This document shows positions 14,564-27,170 of a stretch of 64,000 nt of DNA, in pieces. The notes beneath the pieces were generated by a model. That model did no database searches. It was not told the origin of the DNA and worked only from the letters and a program-made list of their open reading frames with translations. Location of the stretch: contig CDLV01000009.1 in the NCBI GenBank assembly GCA_001244265.2, positions 868,001 to 932,000 on the forward strand, written 5' to 3'. The translations under genes and the position numbers were made by a program. Each line of letters opens with the position of its first letter. The first letter of the stretch is position 1. This DNA comes from Microbotryum violaceum (Eukaryota).

Positions 14564-15391
14564 TCACTGGTCGGCTGTGGTGCCTCGGAGGTGAAGCATC
14601 ACGCACTGCGCGTAATGCCAACGGAAATATTCGTCGAAGGGGATCTCGCGGTCATTGACGGTGTGGAACGCTTCGCGAGAGATCTCCTTTCCATGGAAGC
14701 GGTAGTATATGTCGCACTGCGGTTCGAAAAAATGCAGAGTGTATCGGCCGTCTTGTGGGCAGGCGGCCGGAATCGGGATCGTCAGGGGGAGTTGCATGAG
14801 CACACAGTAGGAGAGCGAGAGAGCCCGGAGACACTTACTCCGTTGGGGTAGAAGGAAAAGGCGTAGCGCTGGTACATCGCATGTAAATCGGGACTCAAGG
14901 TGATACCACAAGAAGCTCCGTAGGGTTGCTCTACGCCGAAGTGAGCCCAGACCTGTGTCGGTACGATAAGATGATCGTTTATGCGGCCATCATGGGCGAT
15001 TTGCGCATCATGGGCGTACTGACCTCTGGGCGCGTGAAAGGGATGATGGGGCATGCGACGCAGAAGTGGGACTTGGCGCCGGTGACTAGGCATTGCCCGT
15101 CACGAGCAAAAACGGTGGCACAGAATGAAGACTGAACGCGGCAAAGATGGTTGGCAGAGGCGCACGGGCAGATCCCTGCTCGTGTCTGGCAGCTTGTATC
15201 TCGACTCACATAATCACTTCCAAAGGAATGCGATGACGAGCTATCGCTGTGGTCGTCATCTGACCAGGGGAATGCGGGAAGGTCGTCTTCGAGGTTCGCG
15301 AGAGGCCCAACAGTTTGGTGCCGCTCATCGAGAAAGAGTGGCAGGTTTTGCCACACGTCGAGTGCTGCTGAAGGCGGGTAGAGGATGTAGT
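14564..15391 (-). CDS. Fungal HNH endonuclease-like protein (HNH_2 type), degenerate; 5' exons unresolved
   Basis: QSSFCATVFARDGQCLVTG...ACPIIPF, CGITLSPDLHAMYQRYAFSFYP and PFDEYFRWHYAQCV, separated by short GT-AG introns. Confidence 0.75.
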
Positions 15392-15509
15392 CTGCAGTGG
15401 GGCAGGAAAGGGCAGGAAGAGCAGTGAAGGGTTAAGACACCCGGTGGAAAGGGCAGGATGAGGAGAGGGAGGAAGAGGGAGGGGAGCCGGCAGGAGCAGC
15501 AGCCTGCAA

Positions 15510-15655
15510 GAGCTAGAGACTAGCTAGAGCAAGCTAGAGCAATGCCGTCAGAGTGCCGTCAGCGGGCTGTCAGCAGAGCAGCCGTCAGCGCTTCAGAGCT
15601 TCAGAGCTTCAGAGCTTCAGCAGCCGTCAGCGCTTCAGCAGCCGTCAGCAGCTAC
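15510..15655. repeat. Nested short tandem repeats (GCTAGAG, GCCGTCAG, CTTCAGAG units)
   Basis: (CTTCAGAG)x3, GCAGCCGTCAGCGCTTCAG x2 and GCTAGAG x3 are directly visible. Confidence 0.8.
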
Positions 15656-16061
15656 TAGTATGGTCAGTTTCAGCCTCCAGCTTCTTCCATCTCGCGTCGT
15701 GTCTCGCCGTGTCTCGCCTAATTCAGCGTCCCACACCACCAGCCACCGTTCATAAATAGAAATGGCGCGTACTGGTGTCGAAAAGGTCGGGCAGCAACTG
15801 CCTCGTGCACCGGTTGCGAAGCCTCTGACGTCGCGCATCCCCTGGACGGTCTGGATCTTGCTCGCGCTCGGTGTCTACGCGTTTTGGAGCTATCTGACAC
15901 AACGCAGCAAGCGATCCAAACAACCGTAAGTTTCTTCCCATTCAAGCCTGCTCTCGCATCAATGACTCGACCTCGTGTCGTCGGACGGCCAAATTAAGCT
16001 GGTCGCGACGAGCCGTCCCGTCCGTGTTCCCACCTCGCTCCAAATTTATCCAACTACAAGC

Positions 16062-19000
16062 ATGCTTGGGGGGTCACTATCGACCGTGACTCTATGACAC
16101 TAGCTTTAACCTTTCGTCTTTCACATCTGGTCCACTATTACGGCTTGATCTGCCTTCTCTGCCCCCAAGTCATCACAGCCTTTCGACGCGCCTCTTTCCA
16201 GAATACCCGTCCGGGGCACGGTCGGGACCAGGTGGCTGACCACTACTATCTTTCATGAGAACTCTCAGGAGACGGCGGATCGCTACCAAAGCGGAACCTC
16301 GTCGACCGACGGGTCTTGACTCGCCTCGACTGGGCTCGGCCCCCAAGCTCTCGCGAAGGAGCTCATTCGCACGCGGCGTTCGAGGACCGACGAGCGAGTC
16401 CCATGGCAGATCCCAGACGACGAGTCGAGCAGGATCGCCCTTCCGGCCAAGCTTTTCGTCGAGTCGTCTCGCTCATCTCGCTCAAAGTGCAGCCGGAACA
16501 CCCGCCTCTTCCTCCACCGCAGGCCGAAGTCGCCATGCCAACTCCTTTGGCCCCGACATGTCTGAAGTCTCGTTCCAAGGCTCTTCCTACTTGCCGCACT
16601 CACCTTTAGCCCTCGGTCAACGGTACATCCTAGCCAATCGATCGAATGGGTTGTTGAGATCCGCGAGCTCGTACTCGATCGACTCTCGAGGTGGACAGGA
16701 GGCCTCACCGGGGCCTCGACGCTCTGGCTTCAGCGACGTCTACTCACCCAACGTTCTCGACTCTGCCTCTCGCAAACGCCGTGATTTCGATACCGAAAGT
16801 CTCGGTACTATCAGCCAACGCAGCGAGAAAAGGTTCAGAATGACGGACAACGAGCAAGGCGCTTTCGATGAGGATGATCAGGATAGCGACGACGCGGCGA
16901 TGGAGCTCGATGAGATGGTCGAAGTTGCGGCGGCCGAGCAGAAAAGAGGGACCAAACGTGGACCGAAATCTCAAGGCGGTCATGTGAAACGCACTCGTCA
17001 GGGCGAGACTGGTGACGATGCCCCGAGGCACGAGAACGATGAGATGGATACGAAGCCAGATTTGGAGTTCTTGAGCAAGAAGCGCACGCGCCCTTCGCGC
17101 GACGTCAACGAGTCGTTTGCCGAAGAGTCGGCTGTGGACAAGCGCCCGAGAAATGGCATTCAAGGCAAGGGCGGATCCAAACGACGTCTCGACTTGGTCG
17201 ATACCCCAACTGAAGAGGACGAGTTTGACTTTGAGGATGAGGATTCCGACGGTGATCGATCGCCCAGGAACGCAGATTCCGAGGTGGATGAGGAGGAAGA
17301 GCTCGAGCAGGATGACGAGAATCGGGAACAAAGACGCAACCACAAATCTAAGCGCGCTCGCTCAATGGAAGAACGCACAGAGTCGGGGGAGGACTCGCTG
17401 ATGGGTGACGATGACTATGAGGCCGAAGCAGCAGCCGTTGCACCCCTTGCTTCGTCCGACGTCGCATCAGGTTCGTCCCGGAAACGTGACGATCCTACCA
17501 AGGCTTCGGCAACCTCTTCCATCTCGACCGAAGCCGGCGTGAACAAACCCGTTCGCCGCCCTGGAGATACTTGGGTCAATTTGGAGGGTGATCGCTGCAG
17601 GATGGATACCGATGGCAAACAAAGAAAGCTTTGCGAAGTGAGAGAGATGAGGAGGAAATACAAAGTAGGTCCTCCTATGTCCGGCCTTCATACCGTGGTC
17701 TCTGACTGATTGCCCTCATCGATGTGAGCACTTAAGATGCCCAAGGACTCGATCCACCCCGATGCCAAGACCATGCATGTAGTCGTGACCGAAAAGTGGC
17801 TGACGCAAGACGAATACACTCAACTTCTAGCCCAAGGGAAACTGGCTTGGCAAGCTGTCGAGGATAAGGCGGCCTTGAAGGCGGGAGCTCAATCGGCTTC
17901 GGATAGCTCCACGGCGCCCCAGAACAAGGCTGCGCAGACAAAGCCCAAGGGGATCTACTTTGCGACCGGAACGCGGACGCCCCTTCGGACCCACTCGGTG
18001 CTGTCATCGCGTCCTTCCTCGGGCAACGCCTCACCGGTTTCGACACCTCAGTCACCGGCATACGCGACCCTGCTCAATGGTCGGATGCGTCTTCCAAGTG
18101 GTGCTCATGCGAGTCCCGCGCGATCGTGGTCGACGAGCAAGTCGGCGCGGCTCGTCGAGGACGAGCAAAAGGCGAAAGCCGAGAGGGAGCGAAGGAGGAG
18201 GGCGAGCATCATGCTCGGTGGGGAGGATGAGGAGAAGGAGGTTGCTCAAACGGCACCCGCACCCCCTGCCCCCGCTTCTCTTGCTGCTCCACCATCGACC
18301 CTGTCTGCCCCATCAACCCAACCCGCTGTCGAACCAGCCAACGAAAAGAAAGACGACCAGCCGACGCCTTCGTACAGTTTTGGCCAACCACATGCGACAA
18401 CGTCTGCACCTCCGTCATCCTCTGCAACCCCACCGTCTTTTTTCAGCAAACCTGCGGTAGCCGCGGGTCTCGAGGCTGCCAAAGCCGAGGGGGCTCCCAA
18501 ATCTGCCGCTCCGCCAAGTTTCTTCGCCGATGTTACCAGGCCGCAATCGAACGCCACATTGTCGTCTGCTGAACCCGCCAAAGCGGCATCCTTCTCGTTC
18601 GGGGCCCCGTCATCGACCTCGACACCTCCATCCCAATCCGCGCCCTCTGCTGCTGCGGCCAAAGCGCCCTTTTCCTTCGGAGCTCCGCCACCTTTATCTG
18701 CAGCACCGTCGACGAATGTATCGGCACCCTCCGCTGCTTCGTCAGCCCCGTTTAGCTTCGGAGCTGCTACAAGCTCCAGTTCATCGACCCTGCCGCCATT
18801 GTCGAGACGCGCACCAAATACCGCTTCACCTGCAGCCTTCAACTTAGGCGCAGCCTCGACCGCTTCTGCAACAGCCCCTGCATCGGGGTCTGCTCCCGCT
18901 CCGTCGTTCGGTTTCGGCGCTGCTCCCGATCAACTCGCGGCACCTACAGCTGCGCCGGCGCCGTCATTTAGCTTCGGTTCCACTAGCGCAGGACCCCCTC

Positions 19001-19534
19001 CGCCTTCGAGTACCAGCTCAACCGGAGGTTTTGCATTCGGTGCACCCAGCACACCTTTTGGTGGCAACATATCTGCGGCGCCTGCGCCCGCAACTGCTGC
19101 CCCAGCCCCATCGTTCTCTTTCGGAGCTGCAACGACACCCGCCCCAGTGGCTCAATCATCCGCTCCGTCATTTTCGTTTGGAAACGCTGCCTCAGGTTCT
19201 GCTCCGGCACTCTTTAATCTTGGATCCTCTTCCGCGAACGCTTCAGGGACTGCATCACTCGCCGGGACACCGAGTGTGGGTCAACCGTTCATGTTCGGCC
19301 AATCGACGAACTCGTTCGGATCGGTTACGGGAGCATCGATACCTGCTCAAAGCCCTGGCGCTGCCCCAGCTGTGTTCAGTGAGTGACTTCCTTACCTTGT
19401 ACGATAGACCGTCTAGACTGACCCTGCTCTGAATGCTTTTCCGATACACAGATTTTGGATCGGGAGGAGATGAATCCACTGGCTCTGCACCGAGGCGAAG
19501 GATTGCCGGGAGGAGGCCCGCGGGTGCAAGATGA
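16062..19534 (+). CDS. FG-repeat nucleoporin (Nup1/Nup153/POM121-like); start uncertain
   Basis: Many PSFSFG/FxFG repeats in an Ala/Ser/Pro-rich C-terminal half. Basic NLS-like clusters (RKRR, KRGTKR, KKRTRP). Final exon NFGSGG...RRRIAGRRPAGAR*, resembling the Nup1/Nup153 basic tail. Confidence 0.8.
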
Positions 19535-20301
19535 GAATCAGAAACAAACAAGTTCGCGTGGATGGACGTTTGTAAGCCCCAAGCAAATGAGATTGTGATT
19601 ACTTCTAGCATAGTTACCACCGCCGTCGAAGCATTCATTGCTTTTCGACAACAGGCGTTGCTCCTGTCCATTGCCTAAAAGCCGCTTGCGACACTGTGAT
19701 GGAACAGAGCTGTTGCATCAACAATGATCGCTTTTAAACAACCTACCTGCATGGAACATTCGCCCCGCTTGTGACTTTCGAATCTGGCCACCGATCTTTC
19801 TCGTCATCGCTTGGAGCGCAGCAGCGATGACGTCGACGTTGATGAAGAGCCAGAGGCAGATAATCAGAAGATTCATGGACAGTGGAGGTGAAGAGTCAGA
19901 GTCCCGCCTGATTGCATCAAAGCCAAAATTATTATCCAGTTAGTTCTGTTTTTTTCTGTATTATGAAATGCCGTGTGCGCTCTTACAGCCTTTTCACGGA
20001 TATAAAGTTGAGCAATGTGATCGCCCCGCATTTTAAAACGCCGGTGCCTCGGCGTGAGCCGACGCCGCCGTGTCAGCGTTGCCCCGATCGGACCATCTTA
20101 CGAAACCCAGCGAGTCCTCACCTTCGTCCTGTCAACCCCGCCAGATTGCTTACGCGAGTACGAATTTTACATCGTTGTGTAGGTCTCTGCAGAGGCAACA
20201 AATGTACTCGGTATCATGTAAATGGATGGGACTGACCTGCTCATCTTTGGACTGCCCTTCCCGAAAGTGCCCCACTGCACATCCCTTACCCCTCCCTCAG
20301 C

Positions 20302-20816
20302 ATGCCCATCAATGCCAGTTGCTATTGCGAAGCGGTGCAGTTCGAGCTTGACGAGGATGTTTCGGCGTTGAGCGGTATTTTATGTCACTGCCGGTGAGCC
20401 TTGAAAGCATAGCATTTCTATCGCTCAATTTGAGCAGGCCATTCCATACTCACACTCATTGCCTGTCCCACAGCACGTGCCAGAAGTTAGCCAACGACCG
20501 CAGCTACAACATCGCTTCGAGTGAGGACAAGCTCAAAGTGACGAAGGGTACGCCCAAGGTCTTTTACGATCAGAAAACCGATTCGGGCATGCCGATCAAG
20601 CGTTCGTTCTGCGGCGACTGTGGCTCGGCCCTTTTCTCCAAGCCCTCGAGTCGACCTGGCGCCGTCTTCGTCAAAGTAGGTGTTCTTGACGAGGCAGCCA
20701 AGGTCAAGCCGGGTGCTGAGATCTATGTCGACAGTCAATTGCCTTTGATCGATTCCCAATCGGAGTTTAACATTAAGATCAAGCGATTCGAAGGCATGAT
20801 GGCGAAGGAGGTCTGA
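20302..20816 (+). CDS. GFA/Mss4-like (CENP-V family) zinc protein, 2 coding exons
   Basis: ASCYCEAVQF, LCHC|RTCQK and RSFCGDCGSALF motifs. Confidence 0.9.
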
Positions 20817-21512
20817 GGGCTCAGCTGTCGCCGTCACGGTCATCAGCTATCGAGTGCTACAGGTGCGATACGAGGTATGTGCGAGCAATCGATGATGTTG
20901 TAGGGTACAAAATATTCGTGCGAGAAATAGCAAGAATTTAAGTAGATCCTCATGATACGTGACCCCCACTATATGGCCTAATAAAGCCTACTTTGGAGCA
21001 CGAGTCGCGTTTCAGAAAAAGAGAGCAACCCTCGTCATTATTGTCTGGAAACATGGAGAGATTATCTGCCGCCGTCACCCGCCCCTGCAGTTGCAAGACC
21101 TCTTTCTTCTCCCGCAGAGCCGGAGTGGGTGCCCGCCATTTGGCGCATCCAAATGTGCCCATGATCAGGTACCACCGGGTACGTACGCCTGGATCCTACC
21201 TAGTGTAATCAAGGAGTTCGGAGTATCTAGCTAGATATCTAGGTAGTTAGGATCACCTGGTACGCCTCAGATATCGAGGTGAGGATTTCGCTCAGAGATA
21301 TGATCGCGGTCATCGCCCACCTTCACTTCAAGTCGCCGTCCCGCAGGTCGGTGCACCGAATCCGATCCCGTTGAAAAACGGCTCCTCGCCGTGCCGCCAC
21401 TCGTAGTAGTCGCGAGATCTGCCGAGAGTAGTGCCGACTCTGCAACACGTGGAGCCGCGAAAAATGCGCAATTCGGCCCGCTTCGCAATACTGCGCAACC
21501 GAGATCTCTGGT

Positions 21513-21522
21513 AATCTGATTA
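21513..21522. promoter_or_regulatory. Candidate iron-responsive GATA-factor (SreA/Urbs1/Fep1-type) site
   Basis: TAATCTGATTA near-palindrome resembling ATCWGATAA, about 580 bp upstream of the siderophore transporter. Confidence 0.35.
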
Positions 21523-22096
21523 GCGGCCTGTCGCTGTTTGGATTTCGCCGACCCCGGGATCGGTGTTCTGGAAGCACGAGGTTTCGCGGGAGCAGTCGGC
21601 TCCAGGCTGACTCAGTGGGAAAGTCAGGTACACCACGGCAATAGAATCCGGAGCTGCGAAACCAGATGTGCTCAAGCTGGAGGCATGCAATGACTTGAGG
21701 CTGTTGACGATATCGTTGATGGGCTATGGGCGGTTAAAACTCTACACGGGAAAATCTTGCCTCGCCTCCGACTTGAGCCCCCGCCGAAGCAATAAGACAA
21801 TGTGTCTTTAGACTGCTGTGATGAGGCCTAGTCTCGAATAAAGCGCAGATCGCCACTCCGCACCGCCCGAAATGGGGCCACCGTAACTCAAACTCCGTGG
21901 TAAGCGCTTGATCGCGGAACGCTGTGGATCTCGGGCTTGGCGCGCGGTTTTGGCGAACGACGCGGCAGGCGACTGCGATCAGGTAAAAATCGCTCACGCG
22001 GATGGCCGAATGCTTATTCCAGGGACTCAGTACCGAGTCTTTTGTCTTCTTTCTTTACTCTAGTGCTCTTTCGACTACCAGTATTTCGTCGACAAG

Positions 22097-24136
22097 ATGG
22101 CTACTCGCACTTCATCGTTGGACAAAACTTCACAGGCCGAAGCGCACGGTCCCTCTGGCGGCGACTCGCTCCACTCGGACTTGCATCTAGTCGATGAGTC
22201 GGCCGGTGTTCAGAAGATCACAGCGATGTCGAACGAGATCGATCTTCCTCTCCGTATTTTTCTATTCGTTGGTAAGCTACGTTATTGTATGATCCTGTTC
22301 AAATACCATCAGGAGCTAGCCCCCTCAGCTGTGATCCCTCACCCGCCGCGTCAGCTAATCTTTCACCATTGTGAAATCCCGAAAGGCGTCTTCGTCATCT
22401 CCTATGCCTATGGCCTCGATGGCACCATCCGATACACATACCAGCCGATCGCAACGGCTTCGTATTCGCAGCACTCTCTTCTTGCCACCATCAACGTTTT
22501 GCGTTCGATCGTGGCGGCCGCCCTACAGCCGCCGTACGCCAAAATTGCTGATGTCTTTGGACGCTTCGAGCTCATCCTCCTATCAATCGTCTTCTACATC
22601 GTCGGAACGATCGTCGAGGCGACCGCAACAGGTGTGAAAGGATTCTGCGCCGGTGCGGTCTTGTACCAGTTCGCGTACTCTGCCATTATTCTGCTCGTGG
22701 AAATCACGATTGGCGACGTAACCTCGCTTCGCTCTCGTCTCTTCTTCTCCTACATCCCGGCCGTGCCGTTTGTGATCAACACCTGGGTCTCGGGAGATGT
22801 CACGCAAGCGGTTCTCGCCAAGACGACATGGCGGTGAGTTTTTGCCAAAGAGCACGTAGAGGTCTACGCTTGAAACTTGGCTTTGCTTTGCGCAGATGGG
22901 GCATCGGGATGTGGGGCATCATTTACTCTGTCTGTTGCCTCCCTCTCCTTGCTGCGTTGTTCATCGCCAATCGACGAGCCAAGACAAATGGTAGCAAAGC
23001 CGGTGTACAGACTTTGTACCAACGCCTGGGCTTCAGGAAGCTCGTCGTCCACCTGTTCTGGGAGCTTGATGTTAGTCACCTCGGCGTTTTTAGGACACCG
23101 GCTTGGGTCTGGTGCTCATCACGTTGGCATTTCCTCGATGCAGATCTTCGGCCTTATTTTGCTCATTGCCGCTTTTTCGCTCTTCCTGCTGCCTTTCACT
23201 CTGGCGGGAGGGGAGACGAGAACCTGGGGGCGTCCCCACATCATCATCATGCTCGTAGTCGGCATCCTCTGCATCCCTGCCTTCGTTCTGTGGGAGCTTC
23301 GCTTCGCGCCCGTCCCCGCAATTCCTTTCAAGCTCCTCAACAACCGCACCGTCCTCAGCTGCCTCGGCATCGCTTCCTTACTCAACTGCTCATGGTACCT
23401 CCAGGGCGACTACCTCTACACCGTCCTTGTGGTCGCGTGCAACGAATCGATCAAGTCGGCGACTCGTATCACATCTCTCTACTCTTTCACCTCGGTGCTC
23501 GTCGGTGTGGCTTTGGGCATCGTCGTTCGCTTCGTGCAGCGCATCAAGCCATTCATGATCGCTGGTATTGCCTTATACGCCGTCGCTTTTGGCCTCCTCA
23601 TTCGTTTCCGAGGTGGAACGGAGTCGCACGCTGGAATCATCGCCGGTCAAGTCATGCTCGGCTGCGCCGGTGGAATGTTCCCCTACCCCGCGCAAGCCCT
23701 CATTCAATCGACGACACAACACCAACACCTCGCCATTATTACCGCGATGTACCTTGCCTTCTACAACGTCGGCAGCGCGGTCGGTAACACCATCTCGGGC
23801 GCGATCTGGACTCAGGTTCTCCCGGGCAAGCTCGCGCGCGAGCTGGCCCCTTTCAACAACTCGACGATGGGAGCCGATGTATACGGCAGCCCCTTCGAGT
23901 GGATCTCGGCCTACCCTGTATCGACTCTGGAACGCCAAGCGGTGGTTCGAGCCTATCAAGGAACCCAAAAGATCTTGTGCACCGTCGGTATTTGCCTCGT
24001 CGTCCCTTTGATGTGTTGTGCCTTGCTCACGAGGAACACCAAGTTGAGTGCTGCGCAATCGCTTGAGAAGCCGGCGGAGGGCGACAGGACGATCGAGCGC
24101 GCCGTCCTCGAGAAAGATGGTCATGCATTGGCATGA
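22097..24136 (+). CDS. SIT1: Siderophore-iron transporter (MFS, SIT/ARN family)
   Basis: [70 protein letters not shown] and [15 protein letters not shown]. Many transmembrane segments. Confidence 0.92.
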
Positions 24137-24518
24137 ACCTTTGGGCGCGGCATTATATTTTCCTGGACTTGCCATAGCGGGTAATGGGCTTTTATGTTGG
24201 GAGTAGCGCGATTCACGGGTATATTAATACGACTATGTTTACAAGATGCCCTGGCCACCCTTCAGCATTGGATATGATTCTACTCCGCTTTGTGCTAGAC
24301 AGAGCATGCCGAGCTCTAGTCAATGAGGCGGAGAAACTGACCGACTGTAACTGAGGCCGAGGCCACAGCACTGCCAGAGCCTGCCAGAGCCGTGCTAGAG
24401 CAGGCCAGGCAGGACGAAGGGAACCCAAGCCAAGAGGTCAAAGCGGCTCACGTTCACGCCCCCACCTTCAGCACGCTCATCGCCCCGACACTTTCCAGTG
24501 CATCACCGCGGCGCCGTC

Positions 24519-25479
24519 ATGCCTGTAAGGACTAGCTTCGCCGCTTGGTGGATCCGTTTCCTTACCTCGATCATGCCCCCCTGTGCAGGCCTACCACTCC
24601 TCTTACAATGACGAAGACGAGCATCGCGTGGTCGGCAACATGGCCCTTCTACCGTTCAAGAGCCGCATCAGGGGCCCTGCACCACCGCCAGGTATGTTCC
24701 TTTGGATAGACACTCTGAGCACCCCTTCACCCCGCGCTAGTGCTGACACTCGCCATGCACACAACTGGCAGCGGACCCGTCCCGTGACGATATCATCGCC
24801 GAGGCGTTGGACCTGTTCCGTGCCAACTCGCTCTTCCGCAATTTTGAGATCAAAGGACCGGCTGATCGTCTGTTGATCTACCTGATCCTCTTTATCGGCG
24901 ACTGCTTGACCAGGATCACGCACTGTAGGTCCTTGTGCGCGCGAGGCCGGGTGGAGCGAGGAGGCGGTGACGTCGCGTTCGTCGCCGTATAGCACTGGCT
25001 GCTCCCAAAGTGCACTCTGCCGGTCCACCACCGTAGAGCAGTACTCCTTCCACTCTGAGCTGACTCCTTCGTTGCTATGTTCTCCCAATACGCTCTGTCC
25101 CTGTCCTGTTCGCCCGCTTCGCCGGTGCCGCCCCACTCGTCACACTGTCCATCCACGCCCACGTGACACGCCGCTCCCCAAACACAAAGCCAAACCCGCT
25201 TGGGGTCAAAACGAAGCTCTCAAGCACCTCTCAAATTACTCGATCGAAACCTTCACCATCCCCGGTGAGCCCGGCTTCCCCCTCAACTCGCTCTACGCCG
25301 CGCCATCGAACCGCCTCGACGCCGATGCGCTCAGGGCTTACTTGACTCAGGCGAGGCAAGAAGCCACGATGAGGCTCGTGGAGCGTGTTTACTCGGATGG
25401 TACGGGACGACCAAGTAAATGGTGGCTGGCGTTCGCCAAGAGGCACTTTTTGGGCAAGAGTTTAGAGACGAGGGCCTGA
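24519..25479 (+). CDS. ARC18: Arp2/3 complex subunit 3 (p21-Arc/ARPC3)
   Basis: MP|AYHSSY, DLFRANSLFRNFEIKGPADRLLIYL, FTIPGEPGFPLNSLY and PSKWWLAFAKRHFLGKSL. The first coding exon is 6 nt. Confidence 0.96.
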
Positions 25480-26019
25480 GCATCGGGTCGAGGACTGGAC
25501 GGAGATGTGTAATTGCAGGAGATTAAACGACGATACACTCTACGAGAAGGAGAGCTGTGTTAAGGCAATAGCAGATGGAAAGCAGGTATCAGCGTCCACT
25601 GCCGTCCAGCTGGTCTTAGACACCCGGCAACCCCTGTTTGGCCGAGCCGATCTATTCACTGTTCCGGTCCACTGAACGAATTCGTATACATCTGAACCGT
25701 TTCGGACTGCGGCAAAGGGGCCTCAGCAGGTCAGATGCTTTATTGACATGCCATATGTCCGTCCGCCCTGTTTTGGTGGCCGTTGCTCGAGCTCGATTCA
25801 TTTTCGTGAGTTGAGGTTCTCGAATAGGAAAATAGCCGGTGGGGTTAGTTCATTTTATTTGTCATCATCTTGAAATCATTTCATGTCTGTTGTAGGACAT
25901 TAAACTCAGCGAAACGATTATGGCTTCTTGATAGCTTTTGGCCCTATTTTGGCCTGTTTCGGCCTGTTTCGGCCCTGGACAGTTCGCCAGACAACGCGCT
26001 CGCTGTCGCACCTCTCTCT

Positions 26020-26710
26020 TCGCCTTCCACCTTCAACTCACTCGACATCGCTTGCGATCGCAGCACCACACCGTGGACTCGCCTGCCCTCTCTCCCGGGA
26101 GGGACAATACGGTCATTTAACTTCGGCGATCAGCTGTCGGACCAGGTCACGCTCGCACTGTTGTGCACTGGTATGCGACGTGGAGATGGGCTGCGAACAA
26201 GGGCCGTTTTTTCTCCCTCTGCGCGCCCATCGCACCGGCCACCTCTCACTCACACTGCGCACTCGGTCGAGCTGGGTCTACTTCCCTCATGCCTCACGAT
26301 GGCTCCATGCGCTTTGTCCAGTGGACTTGGGTCTCGATGGCAAAGGATCTTTTTGGGATCTCTTGCTGGGGTTGCACTTGACTCGACGGCGTCGGTACAT
26401 TCTTTTCGTCGTCTCCTTCAGCCTGTCTGCTCCCATCGTCTTCGAGCGTGGTAGGGTTTCATGGTGACCCAGGATGCTCGAGGGTACGGCTCGTCTTTGG
26501 CACATGAAAGCGAAGTCACTTCGCCTCTTGCGTCCCACCATCATCCATACCTCGCTCGACGTCGCGCAAGTTCGGACTCGCCGAAGCCCTGCCCAGATAC
26601 CCCCAAAAGGATTATGGTTCTTCATCATGATGAAAAACTTTTACAACAACTTTAAATGAATTTCTTCATCTTATCGTCTTCTTGACGACGTGAAGACTAT
26701 TTTTTAACAC
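26020..26710 (+). repeat. Degenerate dispersed repeat (TE-like remnant), inverted homologue at ~32565-34000
   Basis: Collinear blocks: 26490-26515 vs rc 32734-32759 (25/26), 26658-26668 vs rc 32598-32608 (11/11) and 26686-26698 vs rc 32570-32582 (13/13). Confidence 0.65.
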
Positions 26711-27170
26711 TGAATGAAGACCGAATCATTTTGGGGATTTTCTTGGTCATTGGCTCGGAGGTCGTTGTTCTACCCTTTGTCCTCTGTTCTCAGTTCTGCG
26801 TGCAATCTCACATGGCATACCAAACAATCTGATCGGACCATAGAAAAAGCTGAAGCACAACCTCACTCGTTGTAGACTCAGCTTCGAGCTTCTAGGAATC
26901 CCTCACGGCACTCTCGGCAGGCATGCCAACGCCGGCGGCGACTAGTCAACACCAAGAGTAGCCACATCAAGTCCTTCTCGGGGATGCATCGACTATCATG
27001 CGGGGGGCATAAGGTTTCCGGCGTACCATTCTGACGATGAGGCGAAGCATGGTTGCAAAAAACAAACCCCCGTCTACCTAAGCATTTTGGGGGCTAGTCC
27101 CATCTGTCATTCTATGATGCTGTTTTTTGTACAGTGACACTATACTGCTAATACTTAGCCAATTGAGACT

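Noticed and set aside
15510-15655. Repeat tract considered as CRISPR-like
   Set aside because: Short tandem units without unique spacers, eukaryotic context and no cas genes.
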